Shown here: one piece after another, positions 9,521 through 19,060 of the stretch
How positions within the stretch are numbered: position 1 is the first letter of the stretch
Layout of the letters: each line of letters opens with the position of its first letter
NCBI GenBank assembly: GCA_031409335.1
Contig: JANNWY010000299.1
Coordinates: forward strand, 1-57,494
DNA from: Chthoniobacteraceae bacterium
GTDB taxonomy: Bacteria; Verrucomicrobiota; Verrucomicrobiia; Chthoniobacterales; Chthoniobacteraceae
Length of the DNA stretch: 57,494 nt
Direction: 5' to 3'
The notes under the pieces: generated by a model
What the model saw: the letters and a program-made list of their open reading frames with translations, nothing else
The model's database searches: none
Told to the model about the DNA's origin: nothing
Position numbers and translations under genes: made by a program

Positions 9521-11908
9521 TCAGGGAGTGAGTGTCGAACTGCTGCCTATGCTGTGAGCGGGCACTTCGAGTTTCCCGAGCGGCTTTGCGCCTTCGTAAA
9601 AAACCACGGTCTGCGGCTTCGCTGTCGGGTTCCATGCGACGAAGGTATGCGTCTTTTTCGCTGCGTTCGCATACACCATCGAGGTCGGGCTGCTGCCGTG
9701 GCGTGTCCAGTCCACGCGGCCCAATTCGGCCAGTGCGCTCGCCTGATAGTAGGTGACCATCATCCACTCGTCGTGTGCGACCTTGTCGCCAGGTTCGACC
9801 CACAGTTTGTCGATCTCGGAAACAGCGCGTGTAGCATCCGCATGCATCAGGAAGCCAAGGTGATAGCTGCCGAGTTCGCCGCCAAGGGTTTTGATTCCAA
9901 CAGGTTTCGGCGTAGTGCCGGGTTTCTTCGCGGCTTCCTTTTCCTCGAAGGCAGTCAGCTCGCGCTCCACGTCGGCCCAGACTTTTTTGATGAAACCGGG
10001 GTCGCGGTCGTAAAAGGCGGCGTGGGGTGCCGCGGGCAGCCATTGGATTCCGTAGATCCACGCCGGACTCGCCGTGAACCAGGTTCCCCACACGATGCTG
10101 TCGCACCAAATCATCCCGCACGCATTGTGCGCGTAAGCCTTCGGGAACACATCGTCGTGCGGGTCGAACCAATACTCAATGTTCGCCCTTGTCTCGAATG
10201 AGTAACCCATCACGCCTGCCGCCGTGAGTTCCGCGTCGCCGAGCGCTTCGCCGAGCAAAATCATTCCAGCCCAGCTATTCACGGCCTCGCCTGTGGATTC
10301 CTGATTGTTCCCATCGGGGAAACCCTTGCCATCGGCGAAGCTGTGACCGCGCCAGATGTCGAAGGTGCGGAAGCGCGGGAAGCGTGTCTTCGTTCGGTCG
10401 TAATTCGCGTAGTTCCTGGCTAACAGTCGCGCCATTTCACCGTAGTCGGTGGCAAAATCCGGCTGCAACTGGCTGAGCAATCCCGCCGCATAAACGAAGT
10501 ATCCCTGGTGAAAATGGGTGTCGGTGAAGTGCTGCGATCCGTAGGCCGCCGGGAAACCAACGATGCCTTTATTCCGTGGATAGAACGCGAAGAATTGCCC
10601 CTTCTCGCCCGGCGTGTAAGTGAACCAATTCTCCATCCCGCTGCGCAGCTTGCCAAGGATTGCACCCAGCGAGGGATCCTTCGCCTGGGCTGCGATAAAC
10701 GCCGCCTCGGCATAACGCTCGACCTCCTTGCCACCCCAGTAGGTGTCTCCACCCAGTGTCTTCTTCGGGTCGGTGTAGTGTTGCGCGAGCAACTCCTTGA
10801 CGCGCGCCGCATCGAATGACTTTGCCGTTGGCGCGGGGAAGTTGGGCAGAATGCCATTGAACGGATACGCGATGGTGAACGTGTCGCCCGCACCGCATTT
10901 CATCGTGCCGCGAATCGTCGTGTAGCTCGGGCCACTGAGGTCGAGTTTCGCCGTATTCTCGCGCCAGTGATGCGGCAGAAATCCCTGGATGACCGTCTTC
11001 GGCGCACCCGCCTTCAGCGGCTCAGCGATGACCCTCCAAGTCGTCGTGATCCGTCCCGCGTGCCGATCGTAGTTCCACGAAAGCTGCGTGTCGCGCGGCA
11101 CAGCGAAGGCGTGCTTGTGGAAAAGTGTGATGTCCTTTTCCGACGGCAGCGGACACACGACGAGGAACGAACTCTTACCCGCAAAAGTCACCGCGATGCC
11201 CGCGTCCGTCTGCTCAAACTTTGTCCCGTCCGGGGCGAACACGCCGAACGCGCGCCCCTCGTAGCTGATGCCCAGCGCATCGCCCGTGACCGGCAGCGTC
11301 GCTGCCGCGCTTGTGAGATCGAAAAACTTCGCCGCATTTTTCCCGCGTGTGCTTTTTCCCTGCTGCCCGCCCAGCGCGATGAGCGGCTGCACGCCTGTGA
11401 ATTCGCACCACACCGCCGGCATTCCCTCACCCAGCGTCACATCCATAAGGCGTGTGTCGCTTTCAAACGAACGGAACGACACCGTCCAGTCCGTCCAATC
11501 CTTCGTGCGCGAATCCACCGGTTTGAAATCTTTCCCCGTGATGACCAGCGGAAACTCCGCGATCGCCCGCACACCGTCGCCGCTGAAGGACGTCGGCTGG
11601 AAAATCTCAATCCCTGCCTTCGTCGCATCCACCTTGTGCGGCATTGCCCACAGCCCGGTGCCGTAGTCCTTGAGCAAGAGGTTTTGAAACCACTTATTGG
11701 TCGGTACCGCTCGTCCATCGTCCTTCACGAGAAAGAGTGGTCGCTTCTCCACCTCATCCACGAGGTCCACATTGGTTTTCTTATCAATCATCATCCCCGT
11801 CGGCGGGAAGGAAGCGTAAGAGCCTTTGCCGACGGCGACCGGTTCCTGTGCGAGGGCGTTGTAGCTCACGCAGGCAAGCCAGAAGGTGAGTATGCGCGCG
11901 TGTTTCAT
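9521..11908 (-). CDS. Secreted GH81 endo-beta-1,3-glucanase
   Basis: Signal peptide 'MKHARILTFWLACVSYNALA'; 'VPTNKWF', 'FTDTHFHQGYF' (catalytic Asp region), 'GHSFADG', 'NNQESTGEA' (ExxxE), 'GIQWLP'. Start reassigned to ATG 11908. Confidence 0.88.
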   Translation of the reverse strand: MKHARILTFWLACVSYNALAQEPVAVGKGSYASFPPTGMMIDKKTNVDLVDEVEKRPLFLVKDDGRAVPTNKWFQNLLLKDYGTGLWAMPHKVDATKAGIEIFQPTSFSGDGVRAIAEFPLVITGKDFKPVDSRTKDWTDWTVSFRSFESDTRLMDVTLGEGMPAVWCEFTGVQPLIALGGQQGKSTRGKNAAKFFDLTSAAATLPVTGDALGISYEGRAFGVFAPDGTKFEQTDAGIAVTFAGKSSFLVVCPLPSEKDITLFHKHAFAVPRDTQLSWNYDRHAGRITTTWRVIAEPLKAGAPKTVIQGFLPHHWRENTAKLDLSGPSYTTIRGTMKCGAGDTFTIAYPFNGILPNFPAPTAKSFDAARVKELLAQHYTDPKKTLGGDTYWGGKEVERYAEAAFIAAQAKDPSLGAILGKLRSGMENWFTYTPGEKGQFFAFYPRNKGIVGFPAAYGSQHFTDTHFHQGYFVYAAGLLSQLQPDFATDYGEMARLLARNYANYDRTKTRFPRFRTFDIWRGHSFADGKGFPDGNNQESTGEAVNSWAGMILLGEALGDAELTAAGVMGYSFETRANIEYWFDPHDDVFPKAYAHNACGMIWCDSIVWGTWFTASPAWIYGIQWLPAAPHAAFYDRDPGFIKKVWADVERELTAFEEKEAAKKPGTTPKPVGIKTLGGELGSYHLGFLMHADATRAVSEIDKLWVEPGDKVAHDEWMMVTYYQASALAELGRVDWTRHGSSPTSMVYANAAKKTHTFVAWNPTAKPQTVVFYEGAKPLGKLEVPAHSIGSSSTLTP

Positions 11909-11989
11909 GTCCCCGTTGAAGCTCCTCGACGATAGATAGCCCAGCAAACGGAGGCCTCGCCCGTGTTTGCGGCTGGATTGCGTTTCCGC

Positions 11990-13477
11990 CTAAGGCTGCT
12001 CCACAACACGGTAGAATTTTTTCAGAGCATTGATCGCTTCCGTGGAAGTCCTGGTTGCTCCGTTCCCCGCGACGAGCCCCAAATAATCCGACCACACGGC
12101 GAAATCTTCGGTGTTTTGCACTTGATAGTTCCTACCCGGTGCCGAGGGCCAGCCGATTTCGACGCCAGGTTCGTTCGCGGTGGAAAGGACGTTGGTGATA
12201 TCGGGTGAAATAGGGCCGGTGGAAAGCGAAACGTCATCAATCAAAGTCACCCAACGCCAGCCATTCCCGGCACCCATTGCTTGAATCCAACCTACCGTCA
12301 TTTGAGTCGCGCCCGCAGGCGGCGTCACCGTGGTGACGACTTTGGTCCAATTGGCGCCCACGGAGGAAAAGCTCGTGAAGATGGGTCCGCCCACAATACC
12401 ATTGGCGCCGTCGTAAAAGAAAATCGAGTATTGCGGATTGGCACCACCTATCTTGACCGGATTAGCCGCATAGAAAGAAAGATCGTAGGTTGTGCCAGGG
12501 TCCACGGGAAAGCGGTCACTGCGCACATCGGTGTTGGGTGCGGCCACTCCGCCGGTGGCGGCGGTGGTCGATTCCATGAGGAGCATATTTGTTCCGCCAT
12601 GGGGAATGATCGCTGCGAACTGGGTGGCGGTCGTCATGCTGGCTCCTGCATTGGGTAGAACTACGATGTTCCAGTTCTCGGCTCCGAGGGAATTGCCAGC
12701 GAGACTTTCAAATCCAGGATTGGGCACCACATTGTTTCCACCTCCAGGAATCACCTCGAGAACTCGATAAAATGGAGCCACAGTCGAATCGAGTCGTGAA
12801 GTCACGTTGTTGCCGAACAGGGCGGCTCCGAAGTTCGCCCAGACGGCGTTATCAACTGATTTTTGCGGTTGGTAGGTGTTCCCGTTGCTTGCGGTCCAAC
12901 TGACTAAATTGCCCGACCGGATGGTGGCCGCGAATGGCTGTGTCGGTTGGATTCTGATGTTGTCATAGCCAACTGAAGAGCCCGGGCCCCAAAGGGGCAC
13001 CACCTTGATTCCATCCGCTCCGGCGGCGATCGTTACCGGGAAGGAGTAGGTTGTCCAAACGCCTGAACCGCTGGCAGGATACAAATCACCCGTGCTGCCG
13101 ATCTGGGCGGCGCCCGCGAAGAAATCGATCTTGAATCCGCCGATACGGGTTCCCGAGATGATTCTCATGTCCTGGAGGAAGGTGTAGGTTCGCCCGGCAG
13201 TGAGCTCCAGCGAAGCCAGCGTCAGCGGAGCGCCTCCATTCGAGACCCAAATGCCGAAACCACCGCCGGATGTGTTATTGATGACGCCGTAGCCATTGGG
13301 GTTGCCCCCGGTGATCGGATAGCTGTAGGTGAAAGTTCCGCCGTCGCTCACGGGCAGCCAGGGACCCGGCGCGCCTGCGGGAGAGTCGAAAGTTCCATTC
13401 GGAATCACTCCTGGTGCTGCGGTCGCTTTTAGTATGACGCCGAACAAGGCGCAGAGGGTAAGAATTCGCAATTTCAT
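11990..13477 (-). CDS. Secreted non-catalytic protein with two CBM4/CBM16-like beta-sandwich modules
   Basis: Signal peptide 'MKLRILTLCALFGVILKATA'; modules start 'IPNGTFD' and 'VPNPGFE' and end 'YDNIRI' and 'IDDVSL'. Each is followed by a 'W....G..YQ.Q...D..VW...FYRV' segment. Confidence 0.65.
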   Translation of the reverse strand: MKLRILTLCALFGVILKATAAPGVIPNGTFDSPAGAPGPWLPVSDGGTFTYSYPITGGNPNGYGVINNTSGGGFGIWVSNGGAPLTLASLELTAGRTYTFLQDMRIISGTRIGGFKIDFFAGAAQIGSTGDLYPASGSGVWTTYSFPVTIAAGADGIKVVPLWGPGSSVGYDNIRIQPTQPFAATIRSGNLVSWTASNGNTYQPQKSVDNAVWANFGAALFGNNVTSRLDSTVAPFYRVLEVIPGGGNNVVPNPGFESLAGNSLGAENWNIVVLPNAGASMTTATQFAAIIPHGGTNMLLMESTTAATGGVAAPNTDVRSDRFPVDPGTTYDLSFYAANPVKIGGANPQYSIFFYDGANGIVGGPIFTSFSSVGANWTKVVTTVTPPAGATQMTVGWIQAMGAGNGWRWVTLIDDVSLSTGPISPDITNVLSTANEPGVEIGWPSAPGRNYQVQNTEDFAVWSDYLGLVAGNGATRTSTEAINALKKFYRVVEQP

Positions 13478-13675
13478 GATGGGGTGGCTCCGGTTAGTCG
13501 CTTGGATCAACGGTCCCGGTCAGAGCGTGGATCGACGTTGGGGCTTGAGTGGGTGTGATGCGGAAGGATTGGGAATCGGACGGCTCGAAACACGATGAGC
13601 CGCGCCGGTTCACATCACATGAATGCCGCAATCCAATTCCTGCGTCAATGCATTTGTTGCACTTTTATGCACACA

Positions 13676-14770
13676 CTACCTCGATGTGCCGCCCTTGCTT
13701 CCCTTCCGCACGGTCCCAATTGTCTCTCCTTTGCGGAATTGCGGAGTGATCAGCAAGTGCTGCGGCGACCCGAATCGCTTCCGGACGATGTCCGTCAACC
13801 GCTTCGCCCCGGTGTAGCCGATTTCCCAATACGGAATCACCGAAGTCGTCAGCAACGGCGCGCCCTGCGGCCTTTGAATCCCGTCGAACCCCGTCACGGA
13901 CACTTCGCGTGGCACGGGCAACCCACGCTTCTTCAACGCGAAGATCAGGTCGTATGCTTGATGGTCGGCCGCGCAAATCCATGCAGTGACCCCTTTCATC
14001 ACCCTGCCTGCGACATGGTCGAAGCCCTCTTCGAGCGACATGGCATCGTCGTGACGCACATTGACAATGTCCTCGTCGCGGAGTGGACGACCCCATCGCG
14101 TCATCTTTTCCACATACGCGCTGAAGCGGCGGAGCGACCATTGCGCCTCGACCTCATAGCGTCGCGTGTAAAAGCCGATTCGCTCATGCCCGAGTTCCGC
14201 GAGCTTGTTCATCATCACCGCCACGCCCTTGTAGTGATCCACATCCACGCAGTTGACCGAAGCCGTGCCGTATTGCTCCACGAGCGAAACCATCGGGAGC
14301 AGGCGATCGATTTCATCCACCACGTTTCGCGGAAATGGATAAATCAACAGCACTCCATCCCAGTCCCGCTTCCGCAGCGGGGCCAGGTTTCGGTAGGAGG
14401 GCGCATCCAGCGAGGCATCCTTTGGGTCCACATAGTGGATTTCCAACTTGGTGCTGCTCAACTGCGCAAACTCGCCCGCCCCGGCAAAGAGTCCGACGCC
14501 AGGGCTTTCATAAGCACCGCGCAGGTATTCCTCAATATCCGTGCAAACAAGCACACCCACGCGCCAGTTGGAGGCCGTCCTTGCCTTGGTCGGCGCGCGC
14601 ATTTCCATGTGCTGATAGCCGAGCTGCGAAGCCAGATCGAACACCTTCGCCCGTGTCACTGGATTGATGCCGGGATGATTTGTAAAACAGCGCGAAACCG
14701 TCGTGCGGGAGATCCCCAGTTGCTCGGCGATCTTCTGCTGGTTCACTTTCGTGGGATTGTCTTCGGTCAT
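13676..14770 (-). CDS. LacI-family transcriptional regulator
   Basis: HTH 'QQKIAEQLGISRTTVSRCF', 'LAELGHERIGF', 'GLPVPREVSVTGFD', 'LTT'. Start reassigned to ATG 14770. Confidence 0.92.
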   Translation of the reverse strand: MTEDNPTKVNQQKIAEQLGISRTTVSRCFTNHPGINPVTRAKVFDLASQLGYQHMEMRAPTKARTASNWRVGVLVCTDIEEYLRGAYESPGVGLFAGAGEFAQLSSTKLEIHYVDPKDASLDAPSYRNLAPLRKRDWDGVLLIYPFPRNVVDEIDRLLPMVSLVEQYGTASVNCVDVDHYKGVAVMMNKLAELGHERIGFYTRRYEVEAQWSLRRFSAYVEKMTRWGRPLRDEDIVNVRHDDAMSLEEGFDHVAGRVMKGVTAWICAADHQAYDLIFALKKRGLPVPREVSVTGFDGIQRPQGAPLLTTSVIPYWEIGYTGAKRLTDIVRKRFGSPQHLLITPQFRKGETIGTVRKGSKGGTSR

Positions 14771-14926
14771 TTCCGGCACTGCTATCAGGCATTCGAAATG
14801 AAGGACCAAGTACCGACGAAAGTTTTTACGGACCCACCAGCCTTTCTCCGCGTGTCCATGCCCTTTGGAATCGTGGCAACACTGCGCGTTGAAACTGCGG
14901 ATTGCCGCGTTCCCGATCGTGGTTGC

Positions 14927-15781
14927 TCAAAAGGCGAGCTTGTCCCTTTGACGCTGCTGCGGATCGGTGGCATTCGCCGGGACAGCGGCTTTGCCTGGCG
15001 CTGATTGGTGATCCGACTTGGAAGCCGGGGCCTCCTTCACCAGGAGGACTAGTTCGCCGAGACGGCGCTGGAAGGACTCGGGGTCAAAATTTCTTTCGAT
15101 CCGCCCGCGGTGGCAGATGGAGACGATGCCCGTCTCTTCGCTGACGACGATCACGACCGCGTCGGATTCCTCGGAAAGACCGAGCGCGGCGCGATGGCGG
15201 GTGCCGAGCGTGCGATCGAGATCGACGCGCTGGCTGACGGGGAAGACACATGCGCCGGAGACGATGCGTTCGTCGCGGATGATGATGCCGCCGTCGTGCA
15301 GCGGCGTTTTTGGGAAGAAGAGGGTGACGGCGAGTTCGCGCGTGAGCTTGCAGTCGATCGGCACGCCGCTTTCGGCAAAGGACTCGATGTTGGTGTCGCG
15401 CTCGATGGCGATGAGCGCGCCGAGTTGCTGATTGGAGAGGTCGAAGGCGATCTCGGTGAGGAGTTCGGTGGTTTCGCGGGTGGTGGTGACGAGTGCGAAG
15501 AGGCGGTTGCTGCCGAGCGCGGCGAGGGCGCGGCGCAGCTCCGGCTGGAAGATGACGACGACGGCGAGGACGAGGAAGGTGGAGAGGTATTGTAGCAGGC
15601 GGCCGATGACTTTCAGGTCGAAGAATTCCGACATCACCGACATGACGAGGAAAAGCACGGCCAGTCCGGTCAGCACTTTCGCGCCGCGGGTGCCGCGGAA
15701 GAAGACCCACAGCCAGTAAAGTCCCGCCCAGAGGATTAGGATTTCCAGCGCGGCTTTCCAGTATTCCACGAGATAATTCAT
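14927..15781 (-). CDS. cdaA: Membrane-bound diadenylate cyclase CdaA (c-di-AMP synthase)
   Basis: Three N-terminal TM segments; 'IFQPELRRAL', 'PLHDGG', 'LGTRHRAALGLSE', 'VSEETG'. Confidence 0.95.
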   Translation of the reverse strand: MNYLVEYWKAALEILILWAGLYWLWVFFRGTRGAKVLTGLAVLFLVMSVMSEFFDLKVIGRLLQYLSTFLVLAVVVIFQPELRRALAALGSNRLFALVTTTRETTELLTEIAFDLSNQQLGALIAIERDTNIESFAESGVPIDCKLTRELAVTLFFPKTPLHDGGIIIRDERIVSGACVFPVSQRVDLDRTLGTRHRAALGLSEESDAVVIVVSEETGIVSICHRGRIERNFDPESFQRRLGELVLLVKEAPASKSDHQSAPGKAAVPANATDPQQRQRDKLAF

Positions 15782-16623
15782 GCAGCCAGAATTGCCTCAG
15801 TCATGCGCAGGGCCTGCGCGTTTGGTTGCACGTCATGCACGCGGATCACGTTTGCGCCGCGTGTGCGCCCGTAGCTGGTGAGCGCCACGGTGGGCCAGGC
15901 GCGATCTGCCATCGCGTCACTCCCGAGCACCTTCCCGAGAAACGATTTCCGCGATACGCCGAGCACGAGCGGACGCCCGCCAACCCGCATGGAATCAAGA
16001 TTCCGAAGGATCGTCAGATTGTGCGGGACGGTCTTGCCAAAGCCGATGCCGGGATCGAAGGCGAGGCGCGTTTCATCCATCCCGGACGCTAGGCAAGCGG
16101 AAAAAGTTTGTCGAAAGAAATCCCGGATTTCCCCGGCGACATCGTCGTAGTGCGGTGCGCGCTGCATGTCGCGCGGCGCACCCTGCATGTGCATCGCGAT
16201 CGCACCCGCGCGGCTGGCGCGCACGACTTCACGCATCGCTGCGCTGCGCAGCCCGGTCACGTCGTTGACGATTTCCGCGCCGCATTCGATCGCCGCGCGC
16301 GCGATACCGGGCTTCATCGTGTCGATGGAAATGAGGAAGGTTGAGCGTTGGGCGTTGAGCGCCGAGAGACGTTCGATCACTGGCAGGACGCGCCGCATTT
16401 CCTCCGCCTCCTCGACCGGCGCGGCGCCTGGCCGCGTGGATTCCCCGCCCACGTCGATGATGTCCGCGCCTGCCTCGACGAGCGACCGCGCGTGCGCGAC
16501 CGCGCTTTCCACATCGAAAAAACAGCCGCCGTCGGAAAACGAATCCGTCGTCACGTTCAACACACCCATGATGAGCGCGCGACGCGAGAGATCGAAAGTA
16601 TGCGTGCGGGTTTGCCAAAGCAT
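15778..16623 (-). CDS. folP: Dihydropteroate synthase
   Basis: 'MGVLNVTTDSFSDGG', 'DVGGESTRPG', 'DPGIGFGK', 'SRKSFLG', 'RVHDV'. Start reassigned to ATG 16623. Confidence 0.96.
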   Translation of the reverse strand: MLWQTRTHTFDLSRRALIMGVLNVTTDSFSDGGCFFDVESAVAHARSLVEAGADIIDVGGESTRPGAAPVEEAEEMRRVLPVIERLSALNAQRSTFLISIDTMKPGIARAAIECGAEIVNDVTGLRSAAMREVVRASRAGAIAMHMQGAPRDMQRAPHYDDVAGEIRDFFRQTFSACLASGMDETRLAFDPGIGFGKTVPHNLTILRNLDSMRVGGRPLVLGVSRKSFLGKVLGSDAMADRAWPTVALTSYGRTRGANVIRVHDVQPNAQALRMTEAILAA

Positions 16624-16720
16624 CCGCTGGCCATCACGCGCCAAGTCCCCTTGCGCAAGCAGATTGTCGCTCGAAACGCGCGGGCTTGCCACCCGCGCGG
16701 AGTTTCCCGCAAAGTTCGGG

Positions 16721-18706
16721 ATGGCAATCACCCACTCGATCGAACGCGAGCATACCGACGATCGCCTCGGCGCGGCCATCCGCCGGGCGCAGGCGAATCT
16801 GATGCGGCTCCAGCGCGAGGACGGCCATTGGTGCGGCGAGCTTTTTGTCGATAGCACGCTCTGCTCGGACTACGTGCTCTACATGCATTGGGCGGATGAG
16901 GTGGACGCGGTGCTTCAGGAAAAATGCGTGGCGCACATCCGCCGGCGGCAGCTCGCGGATGGCGGCTGGAACATCTACGAGGGCGGGCCGTCCGATGTGA
17001 ATGCGAGCGTGAAGGCGTACTTCGCGCTGAAGCTCGCGGGGCATCTGCCAGCGCAGCCGTGGATGCAGGAGGCGCGCGCGTGCATCCTCCGGCTCGGCGG
17101 GATTCCGCGGATGAATACCTACGCGAAACTGTATCTCGCGCTGCTCGGGCAGTTCCCGTGGAAGTATCTGCCGACCGTCCCAGTCGAGATGATTTTTTTC
17201 CCGAAATGGTTCCCCTTCAGTCTCTACGATATGTCCTCGTGGAGCCGCGCGATGCTCGTCCCGCTCGCGATCCTGAATCACTACAAACCCACCCGGCAAC
17301 TCCCGGCGGCGGTGCAGTTGCACGAGCTGTATCCGGTCGGCTCGGAGCAGAGTAACCTTGGCCTGTCGTGGCGAAAGCCGCGGGTGAGCTGGCCGAATTT
17401 TTTCTTCATCTGCGACGCGCTGCTGAAGTGGTTGCACCTCCTACCGTGGAAGCCTTGGAGGCCCATTGCACTCGCAAAAGCCGAACGCTGGATGGCCGAG
17501 CGGATGGGTGAGGGGAGCGATGGGCTCGCGGCGATTTTTCCCGCGATGCTCAACAGCATCATCGCGCTGAAAACGCTCGGCTATTCCAACGACCATGCGC
17601 TGCTCGCGAAGGCAAAGAAGGACTTCGCCGGACTCTTCGTGGATGATCCCCAGGATTTTCGCATCCAGCCATGCCTGTCGCCGGTGTGGGATTCCGCGAT
17701 CAATCTGATCGCGCTCATCGAAAGCGGCGTGCCTCCCACCGACCCGCGCATTCGCCGCGCGACGGACTGGCTCCTTTCAAAGGAAGTGCGCGTGCCCGGC
17801 GACTGGTGCGTGAAAATCCCCGGCGTCGCGCCCAGCGGCTGGGCCTTTGAATACAACAACGTCTATTACCCCGACACCGATGACACGATGATGGTGCTGC
17901 TGGCGCTGCGCTTCTCGCGATTGGATGCGACGAATGGCGAGTCGCCATTCCAGCGTGCGATGCGCTGGCTGATCGCGTTTCAATGCAAGGATGGCGGCTG
18001 GGCCGCGTTCGATCGCGATGTGACGCTGCGCTGGCTCGAAGACGTGCCATTCGCCGATCACAACGCGATCCTCGATCCGACGTGCAGCGATCTGACCGGG
18101 CGCGTGCTCGAACTGCTCGGCTACCTCGGCTGCCCGCGCGACGCGGCCTTCGTGCAGGACGCGCTGGGACTCATCCGCCGCACGCAGGAGGACGATGGCT
18201 CGTGGTATGGACGCTGGGGCGTAAACTACATTTACGGTACATGGCAGGTCCTGCGCGGACTCCGCAGCATCGGCGAAGATATGCGCCAGCCATGGATCCA
18301 GCGCGCGCGCGACTGGCTGGAGAGTTGCCAGAATGAAGACGGTGGCTGGGGTGAAACCTGCGCGAGCTACGACGACCCACACTTAAAAGGCAAAGGTCCA
18401 AGCACCGCTTCGCAGACGGCATGGGCGCTGATGGGTCTCATCGCCGCGTGCGACTCCGCGCACTCTGCCGAGCTGGAGCGACGCTCGATCCGCCGTGGCA
18501 TCGACTACCTCACCGAAAGCCAGTCCGCGGATGGCTCGTGGGATGAGCCGCAGACCACCGGCACAGGCTTCCCGCGAGTCTTCTACCTCCGCTACGACAT
18601 GTATCGGAATAACTGGCCGCTGTTAGCACTAGCTACTTGGAGAAACTACCGCGACGGCACCTGCCACGCACCGAGCCAGCATCGGTTTGGCGAGTCAGCG
18701 TTGTAG
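16721..18706 (+). CDS. shc: Squalene-hopene cyclase
   Basis: 'YPDTDDT' (DXDD), QW repeats (QREDGHW, QLADGGW, QCKDGGW, QEDDGSW, QNEDGGW), 'GRWGVNYIYGT', 'TGTGFPRVFYL'. Start reassigned to ATG 16721. Confidence 0.96.
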   Translation: MAITHSIEREHTDDRLGAAIRRAQANLMRLQREDGHWCGELFVDSTLCSDYVLYMHWADEVDAVLQEKCVAHIRRRQLADGGWNIYEGGPSDVNASVKAYFALKLAGHLPAQPWMQEARACILRLGGIPRMNTYAKLYLALLGQFPWKYLPTVPVEMIFFPKWFPFSLYDMSSWSRAMLVPLAILNHYKPTRQLPAAVQLHELYPVGSEQSNLGLSWRKPRVSWPNFFFICDALLKWLHLLPWKPWRPIALAKAERWMAERMGEGSDGLAAIFPAMLNSIIALKTLGYSNDHALLAKAKKDFAGLFVDDPQDFRIQPCLSPVWDSAINLIALIESGVPPTDPRIRRATDWLLSKEVRVPGDWCVKIPGVAPSGWAFEYNNVYYPDTDDTMMVLLALRFSRLDATNGESPFQRAMRWLIAFQCKDGGWAAFDRDVTLRWLEDVPFADHNAILDPTCSDLTGRVLELLGYLGCPRDAAFVQDALGLIRRTQEDDGSWYGRWGVNYIYGTWQVLRGLRSIGEDMRQPWIQRARDWLESCQNEDGGWGETCASYDDPHLKGKGPSTASQTAWALMGLIAACDSAHSAELERRSIRRGIDYLTESQSADGSWDEPQTTGTGFPRVFYLRYDMYRNNWPLLALATWRNYRDGTCHAPSQHRFGESAL

Positions 18707-18772
18707 GACTACTTGTCCATCGAGAAAAAGTAAAAGCTCCCGTGAGACGTGCATTGCACGCCGCTGACGAAA

Positions 18773-18977
18773 GTAGTCCACGACTTTAGTAGTCCAAGAC
18801 GTGGCTGCGGTTTAGCAGCCTGTGGAAAAACCTCGGTGCGGGCTCTTGCTCCTGACCGTGATCCCAATTCGAGGGTTCGTTACTCTGGGAAACGGAGGAG
18901 CAAGATCAGGAGCAGGAGCAGGAGGGCGGAATAGGAATCCGCGACTTCTTCAACAGGCGGTTAGCCGACTAAAGTCG
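18773..18977. repeat. GTAG-type REP-like inverted pair, interrupted by a MITE-like insert
   Basis: gtagtcca-cgactttagt (18773-18790) and the exact reverse complement of the 10-mer, actaaagtcg (18968-18977). Confidence 0.6.
18816..18960. mobile_element. 145-bp MITE-like element with TTAG direct repeats
   Basis: Imperfect terminal IRs cagcctgtggaaaaa / ttcttcaacaggcgg; TTAG on both flanks (18812-18815, 18961-18964); internal IR ctcttgctcctga (18843) / tcaggagcaggag (18906). Confidence 0.6.
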
Positions 18978-19060
18978 CAGACATCGCTGCGACTCCCCTC
19001 GCGCACTGGCATTCCAAATCGTCCCGACCCGAGACGGGATTCATACGGCGAAATGATGCG

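Noticed and set aside
13605..13675. LacI operator candidates (ttca-N7-tgaa; tgca-N6-tgca) upstream of the glucan operon
   Set aside because: The dyads are too short to distinguish from chance without comparative data.
16166..16857. Long N-terminal extensions making shc and folP overlap
   Set aside because: Each extension is antisense to the other gene; ATGs at 16721 and 16623 give normal lengths and a 97-bp divergent gap.
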